Shown here piece by piece: positions 20,621 to 30,527 of a stretch of DNA of 64,000 nucleotides. The notes beneath the pieces are model-generated. The model ran no database searches and had not been told where the DNA came from. It was given only the letters and a program-made list of their open reading frames with translations. The position numbers were made by a program, and so were the translations under genes. Each line of letters opens with the position of its first letter. The stretch's first letter is position 1. This stretch comes from Candidatus Kapaibacterium sp. (GTDB lineage: Bacteria > Bacteroidota > Ignavibacteria > Kapaibacteriales > NICIL-2), in contig JBBATK010000003.1 in NCBI GenBank assembly GCA_040398805.1, positions 124,062 to 188,061 of the forward strand. Reading direction: 5' to 3'.

Positions 20621-20980
20621 TTAGAACGAAAGACCGCCTTCACGCGCTCCGTCTGCCAAAGCTTTCACCCGACCGTGGTACAGGAAACCGTTCCGGTCGA
20701 ACGCGACGCTTTGCACATTCGCAGCGACGGCCCTTTTCGCGAGTAGCGCGCCGACCATCTTGCTGACATCGCCTTTAGAGGCGCCTGCTGCCACCACTTC
20801 CTTGTCAAGCGACGAGGCTGCGACGACGGTACGCTTCGAATCATCATCGATGATCTGTGCGTAAATGTGCTTCAGCGAACGGAATATCGTCAAGCGAGGA
20901 CGCAGAGCATCTCCATGTATATTCTTGCGAATACCTTTGGCGCGACGTGTTCTCCGGACGATCTTGTTTTTCTTGCTCAT
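20621..20980 (-). CDS. rplR: 50S ribosomal protein L18
   Basis: [32 protein letters not shown]; start ATG 20980. Confidence 0.97.
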   Translation of the reverse strand: MSKKNKIVRRTRRAKGIRKNIHGDALRPRLTIFRSLKHIYAQIIDDDSKRTVVAASSLDKEVVAAGASKGDVSKMVGALLAKRAVAANVQSVAFDRNGFLYHGRVKALADGAREGGLSF

Positions 20981-21072
20981 AACTCTTAGACCTATCGAAA
21001 TTTTCGTGACTATGAAACTGACTGAGTGGACGGCTTTGCTGGCGCTGCCTTCACAAGCGCTCACCTCCCACC

Positions 21073-21612
21073 TTACTTACCTGCAGACTTACCAGCCTTA
21101 CGACGGATATATTCGCCTTCGTACTGGACTCCCTTGCCCTTGTACGGCTCCGGCGGGCGTACCGAGCGGATTTTCGCCGCGACTTCGCCTACCAACTGTT
21201 TGTCATGTCCCTTGACTGCGAATTGCGTCGGCGACGAAACCGTGAATTCGATTCCGGCAGGGGGGATGATCATGACCGGATGGGAATACCCTACCGTCAT
21301 GATGAGCTTGTTGCTCTTGACTTCCACCTTGAAACCGACACCGACGACTGCCATGTTCTTCGAGAATCCTGCGGATACCCCTTCGACCATGTTCGCAATA
21401 GCCGCACGCGTCATCCCGTGGAGAGCACGGACCTTCTTGTGGTCGCTCTCACGGCTGAACGTGACCGACGTTCCGTCCTGATGACAGGCGATGCCTTCAG
21501 GAATATGGAATTGCATTTCGCCCTTCGGACCTTTCACTTTCACCAATCCGGCGTTCAAACTGAATTGGACTCCGCTGGGAATGACAAGTATTTTTTTTCC
21601 AACTCGTGACAT
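21073..21612 (-). CDS. rplF: 50S ribosomal protein L6
   Basis: [28 protein letters not shown]; start ATG 21612. Confidence 0.98.
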   Translation of the reverse strand: MSRVGKKILVIPSGVQFSLNAGLVKVKGPKGEMQFHIPEGIACHQDGTSVTFSRESDHKKVRALHGMTRAAIANMVEGVSAGFSKNMAVVGVGFKVEVKSNKLIMTVGYSHPVMIIPPAGIEFTVSSPTQFAVKGHDKQLVGEVAAKIRSVRPPEPYKGKGVQYEGEYIRRKAGKSAGK

Positions 21613-21667
21613 AACTGCTTCTTTAAATGTTTCAACGTAATTGTACTGACACACCGACCACCCTACC

Positions 21668-22063
21668 CTACCACAGCGTACAGAGGACCTCGCCGCCGAC
21701 GCCTTTCTGGCGTGCCTGCTTATCTGTCATCAAACCCTGCGAGGTGGAGACGATGGCGATCCCAAGGCCGTTATACACCTTCGGCAACTCGTCCGCGCCG
21801 GCATACCGACGGATACCCGGACGGCTGATGCGCTTGACTTCACGAATGGCGGGAGCACCGTTGTGGTACCGCAAACGGACGCGCAATGTTCCTTGAACAT
21901 TGTCGTTGATGCGCTCGTAATCGGCAATGAAACCTTGCTCTTTGAGGATGGATGCGATGGACTCTTTGATCTTCGAGGCCGGGGTGTCTACGGTCTTGTG
22001 CTTTGCACGCTGACCATTACGCAGACGTGTGAGGAAGTCACCAATCGTATCGGAAACTGGCAT
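21668..22063 (-). CDS. rpsH: 30S ribosomal protein S8
   Basis: [38 protein letters not shown]. Confidence 0.98.
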   Translation of the reverse strand: MPVSDTIGDFLTRLRNGQRAKHKTVDTPASKIKESIASILKEQGFIADYERINDNVQGTLRVRLRYHNGAPAIREVKRISRPGIRRYAGADELPKVYNGLGIAIVSTSQGLMTDKQARQKGVGGEVLCTLW

Positions 22064-22238
22064 AAAAGGTAGTTCAATAGTGTGTGTTCCGTGGATTCTC
22101 CAAACACAGGACCCAGTCCTGCCTACCGGTCGTATCAGACTCCACGTGTGTCTGACGCTCCGATATAATTTGAACTCTTCTCTTTTCTAGGTTGTCGGCG
22201 TTTCGAACGCTATAGCCCTACGCACGGAGCGGAGGGCC
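22064..22238 (-). ncRNA. Candidate structured cis-regulatory leader of rpsH (putative S8-binding ribosomal leader)
   Basis: Nested stems AGTTCAA/TTGAACT, TATCGG/CCGGTA, TCAGAC/GTCTGA, CAGGAC/GTCCTG, TGTGTT/AACACA; the GUCAGA...UCUGAUAC motif matches the 16S h21 S8 site. Confidence 0.6.
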
Positions 22239-22239
22239 A

Positions 22240-22247
22240 CAAAGATA
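22240..22247 (-). promoter_or_regulatory. Bacteroidota-type -7 promoter box (TAnnTTTG) internal to the spc operon
   Basis: TATCTTTG on the minus strand in the 237-nt rpsN-rpsH gap; -33 element weak. Confidence 0.55.
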
Positions 22248-22300
22248 CGAAAACAGCTGTGAAAAACGGTGGAAAAGTTTGGGGCGTACGACGCCTTGAC

Positions 22301-22570
22301 TTACCAACTCGCTTTTCTCACTCCGGGGATCTTGCCTTCCAGGGCAAGCTCGCGGAGTTTGTTGCGGCACAGGCCGTATTTGCGGTATACCCCACGACCT
22401 CTGCCGGTCAGCACGCAACGGTTACGCAAGCGTGTAGGCATACTGTTTCGGGGAAGCTTCTGCAACGCATCGTAATCACCGGATTCTTTGAGAGCTTTAC
22501 GCTTTTCCGCGTACTTCTCTACCAGGCGTTTGCGTTTGTCATTTCTAGCGACGACTGCTGTTGTTGCCAT
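22301..22570 (-). CDS. rpsN: 30S ribosomal protein S14 (89-aa form)
   Basis: [34 protein letters not shown]. Confidence 0.98.
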   Translation of the reverse strand: MATTAVVARNDKRKRLVEKYAEKRKALKESGDYDALQKLPRNSMPTRLRNRCVLTGRGRGVYRKYGLCRNKLRELALEGKIPGVRKASW

Positions 22571-22597
22571 GTGTCTTCAAAAGTTACTGTTGGTTTC

Positions 22598-23221
22598 TTA
22601 GTTCGTGCGGGTGAACGGGAATCCGAACTCGCGAAGCATAGCTCCGGCTTCTTCATCCGTATGTGCGGATGTCACGAAGGTGATATCCATACCGGCGATC
22701 TTGTTGATCTTATCGACGTCGATTTCCGGGAAAATGATCTGCTCCTTGATACCGAGCGTATAGTTGCCACGACCGTCGAAGCTCTTGTCCGAGTATCCAC
22801 GGAAGTCGCGGACACGGGGTGACGCGATGTTGATGAAACGATCGAGGAATTCATACATGCGTGCACGACGGAGCGTGACGAAGACGCCGATCGGCTGGCC
22901 CTGACGGAGCTTGAAGTTCGCCACGGACTTCTTTGCGCGGGCGACGGCCGGACGCTGACCGGAAATCAACTCGAGCTCGTTGATAGCGCTCTGAATGATT
23001 TTCTGGTCCTGTGCTGCCGCACCAGCACCGATGTTGATACAGATCTTTTCCAATACGGGGACCTGCATGACCGACTTGTATTCGAACTTCTTCATGAGAG
23101 CCGGCACGACCTGCTCCTTGTAGAACGTTGCAAGGCGGGGCTGAACGTTCTCATTGGATCCATCGTCCTGACGAGGACCTTCCGGCTTGAAATCGAGTTT
23201 CTTTACTACTTGCTTTGCCAT
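22598..23221 (-). CDS. rplE: 50S ribosomal protein L5 with an N-terminal extension
   Basis: [36 protein letters not shown]. Confidence 0.98.
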   Translation of the reverse strand: MAKQVVKKLDFKPEGPRQDDGSNENVQPRLATFYKEQVVPALMKKFEYKSVMQVPVLEKICINIGAGAAAQDQKIIQSAINELELISGQRPAVARAKKSVANFKLRQGQPIGVFVTLRRARMYEFLDRFINIASPRVRDFRGYSDKSFDGRGNYTLGIKEQIIFPEIDVDKINKIAGMDITFVTSAHTDEEAGAMLREFGFPFTRTN

Positions 23222-23264
23222 GATAATCTCTTTCGTTACTTCCTGATCAATGTGCGGTGCTTAC

Positions 23265-23519
23265 TTATTCACCACGTTTGCGGGACGCCTTACCATTCAC
23301 CAACAACATCACATTCGAATAGTGAATGGGCATTTCGCGAGAAATGATTCCACCATTGGGGTTGGCCTGCGACGGGCGGGCGTGCTTCTTCCGGATGTTC
23401 ACGCCTTCCACGACGACGCGGAGCTTCTCACGGTCGATTTCGATGACTCGACCCGAGGTACCTTTGTCGTTGCCGGAAATGACCTGAACAACGTCGCCTT
23501 TTTTAATCTGTAATTTCAT
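23265..23519 (-). CDS. rplX: 50S ribosomal protein L24 (short form)
   Basis: KOW motif [30 protein letters not shown]. Confidence 0.96.
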   Translation of the reverse strand: MKLQIKKGDVVQVISGNDKGTSGRVIEIDREKLRVVVEGVNIRKKHARPSQANPNGGIISREMPIHYSNVMLLVNGKASRKRGE

Positions 23520-23561
23520 AACTGTTTCTTTCGCTAGATGTCTAAAGTCTTACCTGTACGC

Positions 23562-23930
23562 TTAGATTACTTCGGGTGCGAGGGATACGATCTTCATGAA
23601 ATTGCGCTCTCGCAATTCACGGGCGACCGGTCCGAAGATACGGGTCCCGCGCGGCTCACCCTGGTTGTTCAGGATCACGGCGGCGTTCTCGTCGAAGCGG
23701 ATATACGAACCGTCGCGACGTCCGATCTCCTTCTTCGTACGCACGATCACGGCCTTACATACCTCCCCTTTCTTTACGGCACCGTTCGGCAACGCTTGCT
23801 TCACGGAAACGACGACGATATCGCCGACCGATGCATAGCGGCGCTCATGGCCACCGAGGATACGGATACAACGCACGCGGCGCGCACCGGAATTATCTGC
23901 AACTATGAGGTTTGTTTCTTCTTGTATCAT
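23562..23930 (-). CDS. rplN: 50S ribosomal protein L14
   Basis: [34 protein letters not shown]. Confidence 0.98.
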   Translation of the reverse strand: MIQEETNLIVADNSGARRVRCIRILGGHERRYASVGDIVVVSVKQALPNGAVKKGEVCKAVIVRTKKEIGRRDGSYIRFDENAAVILNNQGEPRGTRIFGPVARELRERNFMKIVSLAPEVI

Positions 23931-23985
23931 GACCGTACCGTATAAAAGTTATTCTCAATCAATCTTTCCTCTACCACCGTCGGTG

Positions 23986-24279
23986 TTATTGCACGCGCTC
24001 TACCACTTCCAACAGCGTCCAGCGCTTACGAGCGCTCAAGGGACGCGACTCGACGATACGGACGACATCGCCGATCTGGCAGTCGTTGTTCTCGTCATGA
24101 GCCATGAACTTTTTCGTCAAGCGGAAGTACTTCTTGTACAACGGGTGCATGACCTGGCGCTCGACGGCGACAACAATGGATTTGTCCATCTTATTGCTCA
24201 CGACCTTGCCTTGACGGACTTTCTTACCTTTTGTTACCTGCTCAGCAGAAGCTGAACCGTGGGTTTCATTTGTTTCCAT
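23986..24279 (-). CDS. rpsQ: 30S ribosomal protein S17
   Basis: [30 protein letters not shown]. Confidence 0.98.
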   Translation of the reverse strand: METNETHGSASAEQVTKGKKVRQGKVVSNKMDKSIVVAVERQVMHPLYKKYFRLTKKFMAHDENNDCQIGDVVRIVESRPLSARKRWTLLEVVERVQ

Positions 24280-24282
24280 GTT

Positions 24283-24492
24283 TTAGGCTTTCGATTCCAG
24301 TGAACGTTCGTGCATTATTGTTTTCATACGTGCGATATCCTTCTTGAGAATCCTCAGATACGCCGTATCCTGAAGCTGCTTCAAGGCATGCTGGAAGCGT
24401 TGCTTCGCGAGCGTATCTTGCGCTTCCTTCAAGGTCATGGTCAGTTCCGCGTTGTTCAGATCGCGAAGGTCTTTTGCTTTCCTGTGCTTCAT
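24283..24492 (-). CDS. rpmC: 50S ribosomal protein L29
   Basis: KAKDLR...RFQHA...KKDIARMKT; position between rplP and rpsQ. Confidence 0.95.
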   Translation of the reverse strand: MKHRKAKDLRDLNNAELTMTLKEAQDTLAKQRFQHALKQLQDTAYLRILKKDIARMKTIMHERSLESKA

Positions 24493-24911
24493 ACTTCTAC
24501 CAGATCAATGCGTGTCACAAACTTTGTTTTGATGGGCAGTTTATGCGATGCCAAACGCATTGCCTCCATAGCGGCTTCCTTCGATACGCCGTCCACCTCG
24601 AACATGATGCGTCCGGGTTTGACCACTGCTACCCATCCTTCAGGGTTACCCTTTCCGGATCCCATTCGGACCTCCGCGGGCTTCTTGGTATAGGGCTTGT
24701 CCGGGAAAATCCGGATCCACACCTTACCGTCGCGCTTGAGATAACGGTTGATCGCGATACGGGCAGACTCGATCTGTCGGTTCGTGATCCACGCAGCGTC
24801 AAGGGCCTTCAAGCCGTATGATCCAAAAGCCACCTGCGAGCCGCGGACAGCTTTTCCGCATCGACGACCGCGTTGGGTTTTTCTGTGCTTAACTCTCTTC
24901 GGTAATAACAT
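24489..24911 (-). CDS. rplP: 50S ribosomal protein L16
   Basis: [33 protein letters not shown]. Confidence 0.98.
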   Translation of the reverse strand: MLLPKRVKHRKTQRGRRCGKAVRGSQVAFGSYGLKALDAAWITNRQIESARIAINRYLKRDGKVWIRIFPDKPYTKKPAEVRMGSGKGNPEGWVAVVKPGRIMFEVDGVSKEAAMEAMRLASHKLPIKTKFVTRIDLVEV

Positions 24912-24944
24912 GATTCACCTTAATCTTTTTGTTCCTTATCGAGC

Positions 24945-25595
24945 TTACTCTTTTTCCTGTGTAACGGGCTTTCCAATGATCTCGCCCTTGCAAATCCAAA
25001 CCTTCACGCCGATGGCACCGTAGACCGTATGCGCTGTCGATGTTCCGTAGTCGATATCGGCACGAAGCGTATGCAGGGGCACGCGGCCTTCCTTGTACTG
25101 CTCTGTACGCGACATGTCGGCTCCGCCCAAACGACCCGAGCACATGACCCGGATGCCTTCCGCACCTAGACGTGTCGAAGCCGCTACCGCCTGCTTCATC
25201 GCACGACGGAATGCCACTCGCCCTTCCAACTGGCTGGCGATGTTATCGGCGACCAACTGGGCATCGAGCTCCGGACGCTTGATCTCGTGGATGAGGATCT
25301 TCACATCCTTCGTCGTGAGCTTCCGCATCTCCTCTTCGAGCTGCGAGATGTCCTTACCGGAACGACCGATGATGACACCCGGCTTCGACGTATGGATGGT
25401 GATACGGATCTGCTTCGCCGTCCGCTCCACAACCACGCGCGCAACGCCGGCTTTTTTCAATCTTGTTTTGATATACGAGCGGACCGTCATGTCCTCCGCA
25501 ATCTTGTCGGCCATGCTGTTCGGTTCGAACCAGTTTGCATCCCAGCCACGGATAATTCCAAGGCGAAGACCGATCGGATTTGTTTTCTGACCCAA
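24945..25595 (-). CDS. rpsC: 30S ribosomal protein S3 (TTG start)
   Basis: GQKTNPIGLRLG, PGVIIG, GRVPLHTLRADIDY, GVKVWI. Confidence 0.98.
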   Translation of the reverse strand: MGQKTNPIGLRLGIIRGWDANWFEPNSMADKIAEDMTVRSYIKTRLKKAGVARVVVERTAKQIRITIHTSKPGVIIGRSGKDISQLEEEMRKLTTKDVKILIHEIKRPELDAQLVADNIASQLEGRVAFRRAMKQAVAASTRLGAEGIRVMCSGRLGGADMSRTEQYKEGRVPLHTLRADIDYGTSTAHTVYGAIGVKVWICKGEIIGKPVTQEKE

Positions 25596-25610
25596 AGGAA
25601 CTCCCTGCGA

Positions 25611-25952
25611 TTAGTCGTTAGTAGATACAACGATTGTTAAATGATGCGAGCGCTTTTTGATCTTATACGCACGGCCCATGGGGGCAGGCGAGATGCGCTT
25701 CAACGTTTTTCCCTGATCGACATGCACCGCCTTGACGACCATGTCTTCCTCCTTCGCGAACGAACCGCCACTGTTACGAAGATTCGATATGGCTGAACGA
25801 AGCGTCATTTCTGCAACCTTGGATGCAGACTTCGGGGAAAACCGAAGAATGGTAAGCGCTTCGGCAGCTGATTTTCCACGAATCGTATCGATCACCAGAC
25901 GCATCTTGCGCGGGGATGTAGGTACGTGGCGAGCTATTGCTTTTGATTCCAT
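25611..25952 (-). CDS. rplV: 50S ribosomal protein L22
   Basis: SPRKMRLVIDTIRG, VDQG..LKR..PAPMGRA, SHHLTIVV. Confidence 0.98.
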   Translation of the reverse strand: MESKAIARHVPTSPRKMRLVIDTIRGKSAAEALTILRFSPKSASKVAEMTLRSAISNLRNSGGSFAKEEDMVVKAVHVDQGKTLKRISPAPMGRAYKIKKRSHHLTIVVSTND

Positions 25953-25991
25953 AATGTGCGTCAGAGTTATGTGTCTGTTCTTGGCTGAAGT

Positions 25992-26261
25992 TTAGTCTTT
26001 GCGGTTACCGGAATGCCCGCGATACGTACGCGTCGGTGCGAACTCGCCGAGCTTGTGTCCTACCATGTTCTCCGTTACATACACAGGAATGAACTTATTC
26101 CCGTTATGCACTGCGAAGGTGTGGCCCACGAACTCCGGAGTGATCGTCGATGCTCGACTCCAGGTCTTGATTACCTGCTTCTTGTTCTGATCGTTGAGCG
26201 TATCCACCTTCTTCTGAAGCTTGAAATACACAAACGCGCCTTTTTTGAGTGACCGTGGCAT
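25992..26261 (-). CDS. rpsS: 30S ribosomal protein S19
   Basis: [30 protein letters not shown]. Confidence 0.98.
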   Translation of the reverse strand: MPRSLKKGAFVYFKLQKKVDTLNDQNKKQVIKTWSRASTITPEFVGHTFAVHNGNKFIPVYVTENMVGHKLGEFAPTRTYRGHSGNRKD

Positions 26262-26286
26262 TCTTCGTTATCCTTTAGTTATTCTC

Positions 26287-27120
26287 TTATTTTCTCTTGC
26301 GAATAATCAATTTCGTCGATGCTTTCTTGCGCTTGCGCGTCTTCAATCCCTTGGAGAGCTGACCCCACGGTGAACGCAAGTGCTTACGACCACCACCGGA
26401 TTTCGAGCGACCTTCACCACCACCGTTCGGGTGATCGATCGGGTTCATCGCGATACCGCGCGTCTGCGGACGGATACCCATCCAACGCTTGCGACCGGCC
26501 TTGCCGTGAAGGATGTTCTCGTGCTCACTGTTTCCGATGCTTCCCAGCGTGGCCATGCAATTCGACAGCACCAAGCGGATCTCGCCGGAAGGCAACTTGA
26601 TCTGCGCGTACTTGCCGTCGAAACCGACCAACGTTGCGGACATACCTGCCGAACGGGCCATCTGTCCGCCCTTGCCGGGCTTCAGTTCGATGTTGTGAAT
26701 CGACAATCCCGGAGGAATCTTGTTGAGAGGAAGACAATTGCCATCCTTCAGGTCCGCCGTAGCGCTGGTAACGATGGTCGTACCAACCTTCAATCCTTGC
26801 GGAGCAAGGATGTAGCGGACTTCTCCATCAGCATACTTCACAAGGGCGATGCGCGCCGAACGGTTCGGATCGTATTCGATCGTCTCCACAACCGCAGGCA
26901 TATCGATCTTATTCCGCTTGAAATCGATGATACGGTACTGCTGCTTGTGTCCACCGCCACGGTGACGCGACGTGATACGACCGGTATTGTTACGACCGCC
27001 GCTCTTCTTCTTCACCGCAAGAAGCTTCTTGTACGGCTTGGACGTCGTGATCTCTGCGAAATCGCTGACGCTGTAAAAACGCGTACCGGGCGTGATTGGC
27101 TTTAATTGACGGATTCCCAT
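26287..27120 (-). CDS. rplB: 50S ribosomal protein L2
   Basis: [35 protein letters not shown]. Confidence 0.99.
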   Translation of the reverse strand: MGIRQLKPITPGTRFYSVSDFAEITTSKPYKKLLAVKKKSGGRNNTGRITSRHRGGGHKQQYRIIDFKRNKIDMPAVVETIEYDPNRSARIALVKYADGEVRYILAPQGLKVGTTIVTSATADLKDGNCLPLNKIPPGLSIHNIELKPGKGGQMARSAGMSATLVGFDGKYAQIKLPSGEIRLVLSNCMATLGSIGNSEHENILHGKAGRKRWMGIRPQTRGIAMNPIDHPNGGGEGRSKSGGGRKHLRSPWGQLSKGLKTRKRKKASTKLIIRKRK

Positions 27121-27152
27121 GACCTACCTTTGAGTTTGTTTTCTTCGTAATA

Positions 27153-27458
27153 CTATTGCTGCTCGCCTTCACCACTGACAATATCGATGGTATATCCGTC
27201 CTGCAGACGTACATACGCTTTCTTCCGCGCCTTCGTGGTACCACGCATGAGTCCGCGCTTGGTGTAGCGTGAACGGTACTTACCCTTCACATTGACCGTA
27301 CGGACAGAGTCGACCTTCACCTGGAACATGGACTCGATAGCCTTGGCAATCTCGATCTTGTTCGTATCGCGTTCCACTTCGAACACGTAGTGCTTGTGTA
27401 TCTGCTGGACTTTGCTGGACTTTTCCGTGATGATCGGTCGTTTGATCAAATTCAACAT
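27153..27458 (-). CDS. rplW: 50S ribosomal protein L23
   Basis: PIITEK, NKIEI, KKAYV. Confidence 0.97.
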   Translation of the reverse strand: MLNLIKRPIITEKSSKVQQIHKHYVFEVERDTNKIEIAKAIESMFQVKVDSVRTVNVKGKYRSRYTKRGLMRGTTKARKKAYVRLQDGYTIDIVSGEGEQQ

Positions 27459-27476
27459 GATCTCTTATCCTCTTGT

Positions 27477-28124
27477 TTAATTCTTTGTTGATCCGTTGTG
27501 CTCACCGAAAGACGCTATGATCGTCTGGATAGCATCCACACTGATGATAAGCTTCTTGTGATTGAGGATGTCATAGGTCGAGATCTTGTCCGCGAGTGCT
27601 GTCGTGACGCGCGGAAGATTTCTTGACGATACCACAACGTTCGTGCGGGCTTCAGGCAACAAGACAAGCGTCTTCTCTCCTGCAACACCCAGAGCCTTCA
27701 AGGCTCCCGCCATGTTCTTGGTCTTGTGATCGGCGAACTGAAGTCCGTCGACAACAATGATGTTGTTCTCCTGTGCACGGCATGCGAAGGCCGATTTGCG
27801 GGCAAGACGCTTCATCTTCACCGGAATGTCGATGGTGTACTTGTGCGGCTTCGGTCCGAAAATCGTACCACCGCCCACCCATACGGGTGACCGCGACGAA
27901 CCGGAACGGGCTGTTCCGCGACCCTTCTGCTTCCAGGGCTTCTTACCACCGCCGGAAACGAAACTACGGGTCTTCGTCTTTGCCGTACCCTGACGCTGGT
28001 GAGCCAGGTACACGCGTACCGCTTGGTACATCACGTGTTCGTTCGGTTCAATTCCGAATATCTCATCCGGCAAATCTATTTGGCCGTTCTTTGTTCCGTC
28101 TATCGAGTATACATCCGCTTTCAT
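27477..28124 (-). CDS. rplD: 50S ribosomal protein L4
   Basis: RQGTAKTKTR, GGGKKPWKQKGRGTARSGS. Confidence 0.98.
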   Translation of the reverse strand: MKADVYSIDGTKNGQIDLPDEIFGIEPNEHVMYQAVRVYLAHQRQGTAKTKTRSFVSGGGKKPWKQKGRGTARSGSSRSPVWVGGGTIFGPKPHKYTIDIPVKMKRLARKSAFACRAQENNIIVVDGLQFADHKTKNMAGALKALGVAGEKTLVLLPEARTNVVVSSRNLPRVTTALADKISTYDILNHKKLIISVDAIQTIIASFGEHNGSTKN

Positions 28125-28148
28125 GACAAGCTACCTTTTCGATCGAGT

Positions 28149-28766
28149 TTATGACAACTTCACTAATTCCAATACCGCATTCGGTGCGCCGGGGATACTT
28201 CCCTTGATGAGCAGAAGATTCTGCTCCGGCATGATCTGGAGAACCTCCAGGTTCCGTACCGAAGTACGCTTTCCGCCCATACGTCCGGCCATACGTGTTC
28301 CACGGAATACACGGCTGGGATACGATGATCCACCGATGGAACCGGGAGCCCGCACGCGGTCGCTCTGTCCGTGCGTCGTTCCACCGACACCACCGAAGTG
28401 ATGGCGCTTGACGACACCCTGGAAGCCACGACCCTTACTATTCGTTGAAACCTTGATAAGATCTCCAACTTTGAACAGATCGACCGTCAGGACCTCTCCG
28501 ATGTTCGCTTTGATGTTCTTGAACTCTTTAAGGTGACGAAGGTACGGTGAGCCTGCTTTCGCAAACTGTCCCTTCATCGGACGGTTGACTTTACGCTCAG
28601 GTATCTCGTCATATCCGATCTGTACGGCTTCGTATCCGTCGTTCTCCTTTGTGCGGAGCAAAACCACCGGACACGGACCCGCTTCGATAACAGTACAAGG
28701 AATGCTCGTACCGTCCTCACGGAATATGCTGGTCATACCTAATTTTCTTCCGAGCAACGCGCTCAT
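28149..28766 (-). CDS. rplC: 50S ribosomal protein L3
   Basis: KLGMT, SKGRGFQGVVKRH, RAPGSIG, MAGRMG, KGSIPG. Confidence 0.98.
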   Translation of the reverse strand: MSALLGRKLGMTSIFREDGTSIPCTVIEAGPCPVVLLRTKENDGYEAVQIGYDEIPERKVNRPMKGQFAKAGSPYLRHLKEFKNIKANIGEVLTVDLFKVGDLIKVSTNSKGRGFQGVVKRHHFGGVGGTTHGQSDRVRAPGSIGGSSYPSRVFRGTRMAGRMGGKRTSVRNLEVLQIMPEQNLLLIKGSIPGAPNAVLELVKLS

Positions 28767-28781
28767 GAATTTCTCCTTGGA

Positions 28782-29090
28782 TTACACTTTTACTTCCACG
28801 TCTACACCTGCGGGCAACTCCAGTCGCATCAACGAATCGATAGTCCTTTGTGTAGAACTGAATATGTCGATGAGACGCTTGTGTACACGTGCTTCGAATT
28901 GTTCACGTGACTTCTTATCTACGTGAGGCGAACGGTTTACGGTGACAATGGACTTCTCCGTGGGTAACGGAATCGGTCCCGACACAACCGCACCTGTTTG
29001 CTTGACCGTTCTTACGATACGCTCTGAAGACTTATCTATCAGATTGTGATCGTACGAGCGCAGCTTGATTCTGATTCGTTGAGTTGACAC
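28782..29090 (-). CDS. rpsJ: 30S ribosomal protein S10 (GTG start)
   Basis: [31 protein letters not shown]. Confidence 0.98.
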   Translation of the reverse strand: MSTQRIRIKLRSYDHNLIDKSSERIVRTVKQTGAVVSGPIPLPTEKSIVTVNRSPHVDKKSREQFEARVHKRLIDIFSSTQRTIDSLMRLELPAGVDVEVKV

Positions 29091-29121
29091 AGATAACCCT
29101 TTTCACTGTAAAAGTTAATGA

Positions 29122-29155
29122 GAACAAATAAGGGGATACGACGTATCCCCTCATT
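29122..29155 (-). terminator. Hairpin, probable partial terminator between tuf and rpsJ
   Basis: AGGGGATAC-GTC-GTATCCCCT followed by TATTTGTT (imperfect U tract) on the minus strand. Confidence 0.6.
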
Positions 29156-29169
29156 CATACAATGATATC

Positions 29170-30378
29170 TTATTCGAGAACCTTTGTTACAACGCCTGCA
29201 CCTACGGTACGGCCACCTTCGCGGATCGCGAAACGGAGTCCTTCTTCCATAGCTACCGGTGTGATGAGCTCGATGGTCAAAGCGTCAAGGTTGTCACCAG
29301 GCATAACCATTTCGATACCGCCCGGAAGGTGAGCAACACCCGTCACGTCTGTCGTACGGAAGTAGAACTGGGGACGATAGCCGTTAAAGAACGGTGTATG
29401 GCGTCCGCCTTCTTCTTTCGTCAACACGTACACCTGAGCGGTGAACTTGTGGTGGGGCTTGATGGTACCAGGCTTAGCCAATACCATTCCACGCTCCAAC
29501 TCCGTCTTTTCGACGCCACGAAGCAACAGACCTGCGTTATCGCCGGCTTGTCCTTCATCGAGGAGCTTGTGGAACATTTCGATACCGGTGACGGTCGACT
29601 TCTTCTGAAGACCGAATCCGACGATTTCGATTTCGTCGTTGACCTTCACGATACCACGCTCGATACGACCCGTACCTACCGTACCGCGACCGGTAATGGA
29701 GAATACGTCCTCGACGGGCATCAAGAAAGGCTTGTCTACTGCGCGTACCGGTGTGGGGATGTAGCTGTCAACGGCATCCATGAGTTCCCAGATGCAGGTG
29801 TAGCGCTCATCATCGGTCGGTGCGTTGCTCGATCCGGCTTCGAGAGCCTTGAGAGCGGAACCCTTGATGATCGGAATCTCGTCACCCGGGAATTCGTAGC
29901 GCGAGAGAAGCTCGCGGATTTCCAACTCGACGAGTTCGAGAAGATCTGCGTCGGCGATATCCACTTTGTTCATGAAGACGACGACACGGGGTACACCTAC
30001 TTGGCGTGCGAGAAGGATGTGCTCGCGGGTTTGCGGCATCGGTCCGTCCGTCGCTGCCACGACCAGGATTGCGCCGTCCATCTGAGCGGCACCCGTGATC
30101 ATGTTCTTGATATAGTCAGCGTGGCCCGGACAGTCTACGTGTGCGTAGTGGCGGTTCGCTGTTTCGTACTCAACGTGAGCGGTATTGATTGTGATTCCAC
30201 GTGCCTTCTCTTCCGGCGCGTTGTCGATCTGATCGTATGCACGACGCTCATTGGTCGTGATCTTTTGCGACAGAGCCATGGTGATGGCTGCAGTCAATGT
30301 GGTTTTGCCGTGGTCAACGTGTCCAATTGTGCCAATGTTTACGTGCGGCTTGGAACGTTCGAATTTCTCTTTTGCCAT
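29170..30378 (-). CDS. tuf: Elongation factor Tu
   Basis: [40 protein letters not shown]; GGAGG SD upstream. Confidence 0.99.
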   Translation of the reverse strand: MAKEKFERSKPHVNIGTIGHVDHGKTTLTAAITMALSQKITTNERRAYDQIDNAPEEKARGITINTAHVEYETANRHYAHVDCPGHADYIKNMITGAAQMDGAILVVAATDGPMPQTREHILLARQVGVPRVVVFMNKVDIADADLLELVELEIRELLSRYEFPGDEIPIIKGSALKALEAGSSNAPTDDERYTCIWELMDAVDSYIPTPVRAVDKPFLMPVEDVFSITGRGTVGTGRIERGIVKVNDEIEIVGFGLQKKSTVTGIEMFHKLLDEGQAGDNAGLLLRGVEKTELERGMVLAKPGTIKPHHKFTAQVYVLTKEEGGRHTPFFNGYRPQFYFRTTDVTGVAHLPGGIEMVMPGDNLDALTIELITPVAMEEGLRFAIREGGRTVGAGVVTKVLE

Positions 30379-30527
30379 GACGACGTGTCCTCCAAATAGA
30401 GATATAAGTGAATTAAAGAATACTGTTTGATTTGATGTGATTTCAAAACCTAACAACTCATCAGCGACCGGACTGTGTGCCTTTGCTCGCGCTCCGGCAC
30501 CGGGTTCGAGTGCAGAATTCCTGCGCC

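Noticed and set aside
30441-30464. CTGATGAG...GAAA hammerhead-like core upstream of tuf (minus strand)
   Set aside because: No stem II (no G-C closing pair) and no convincing stems I/III.
30495-30520. GGTTCGAG T-loop-like word, possible tRNA near tuf
   Set aside because: No T-stem pairing or cloverleaf.
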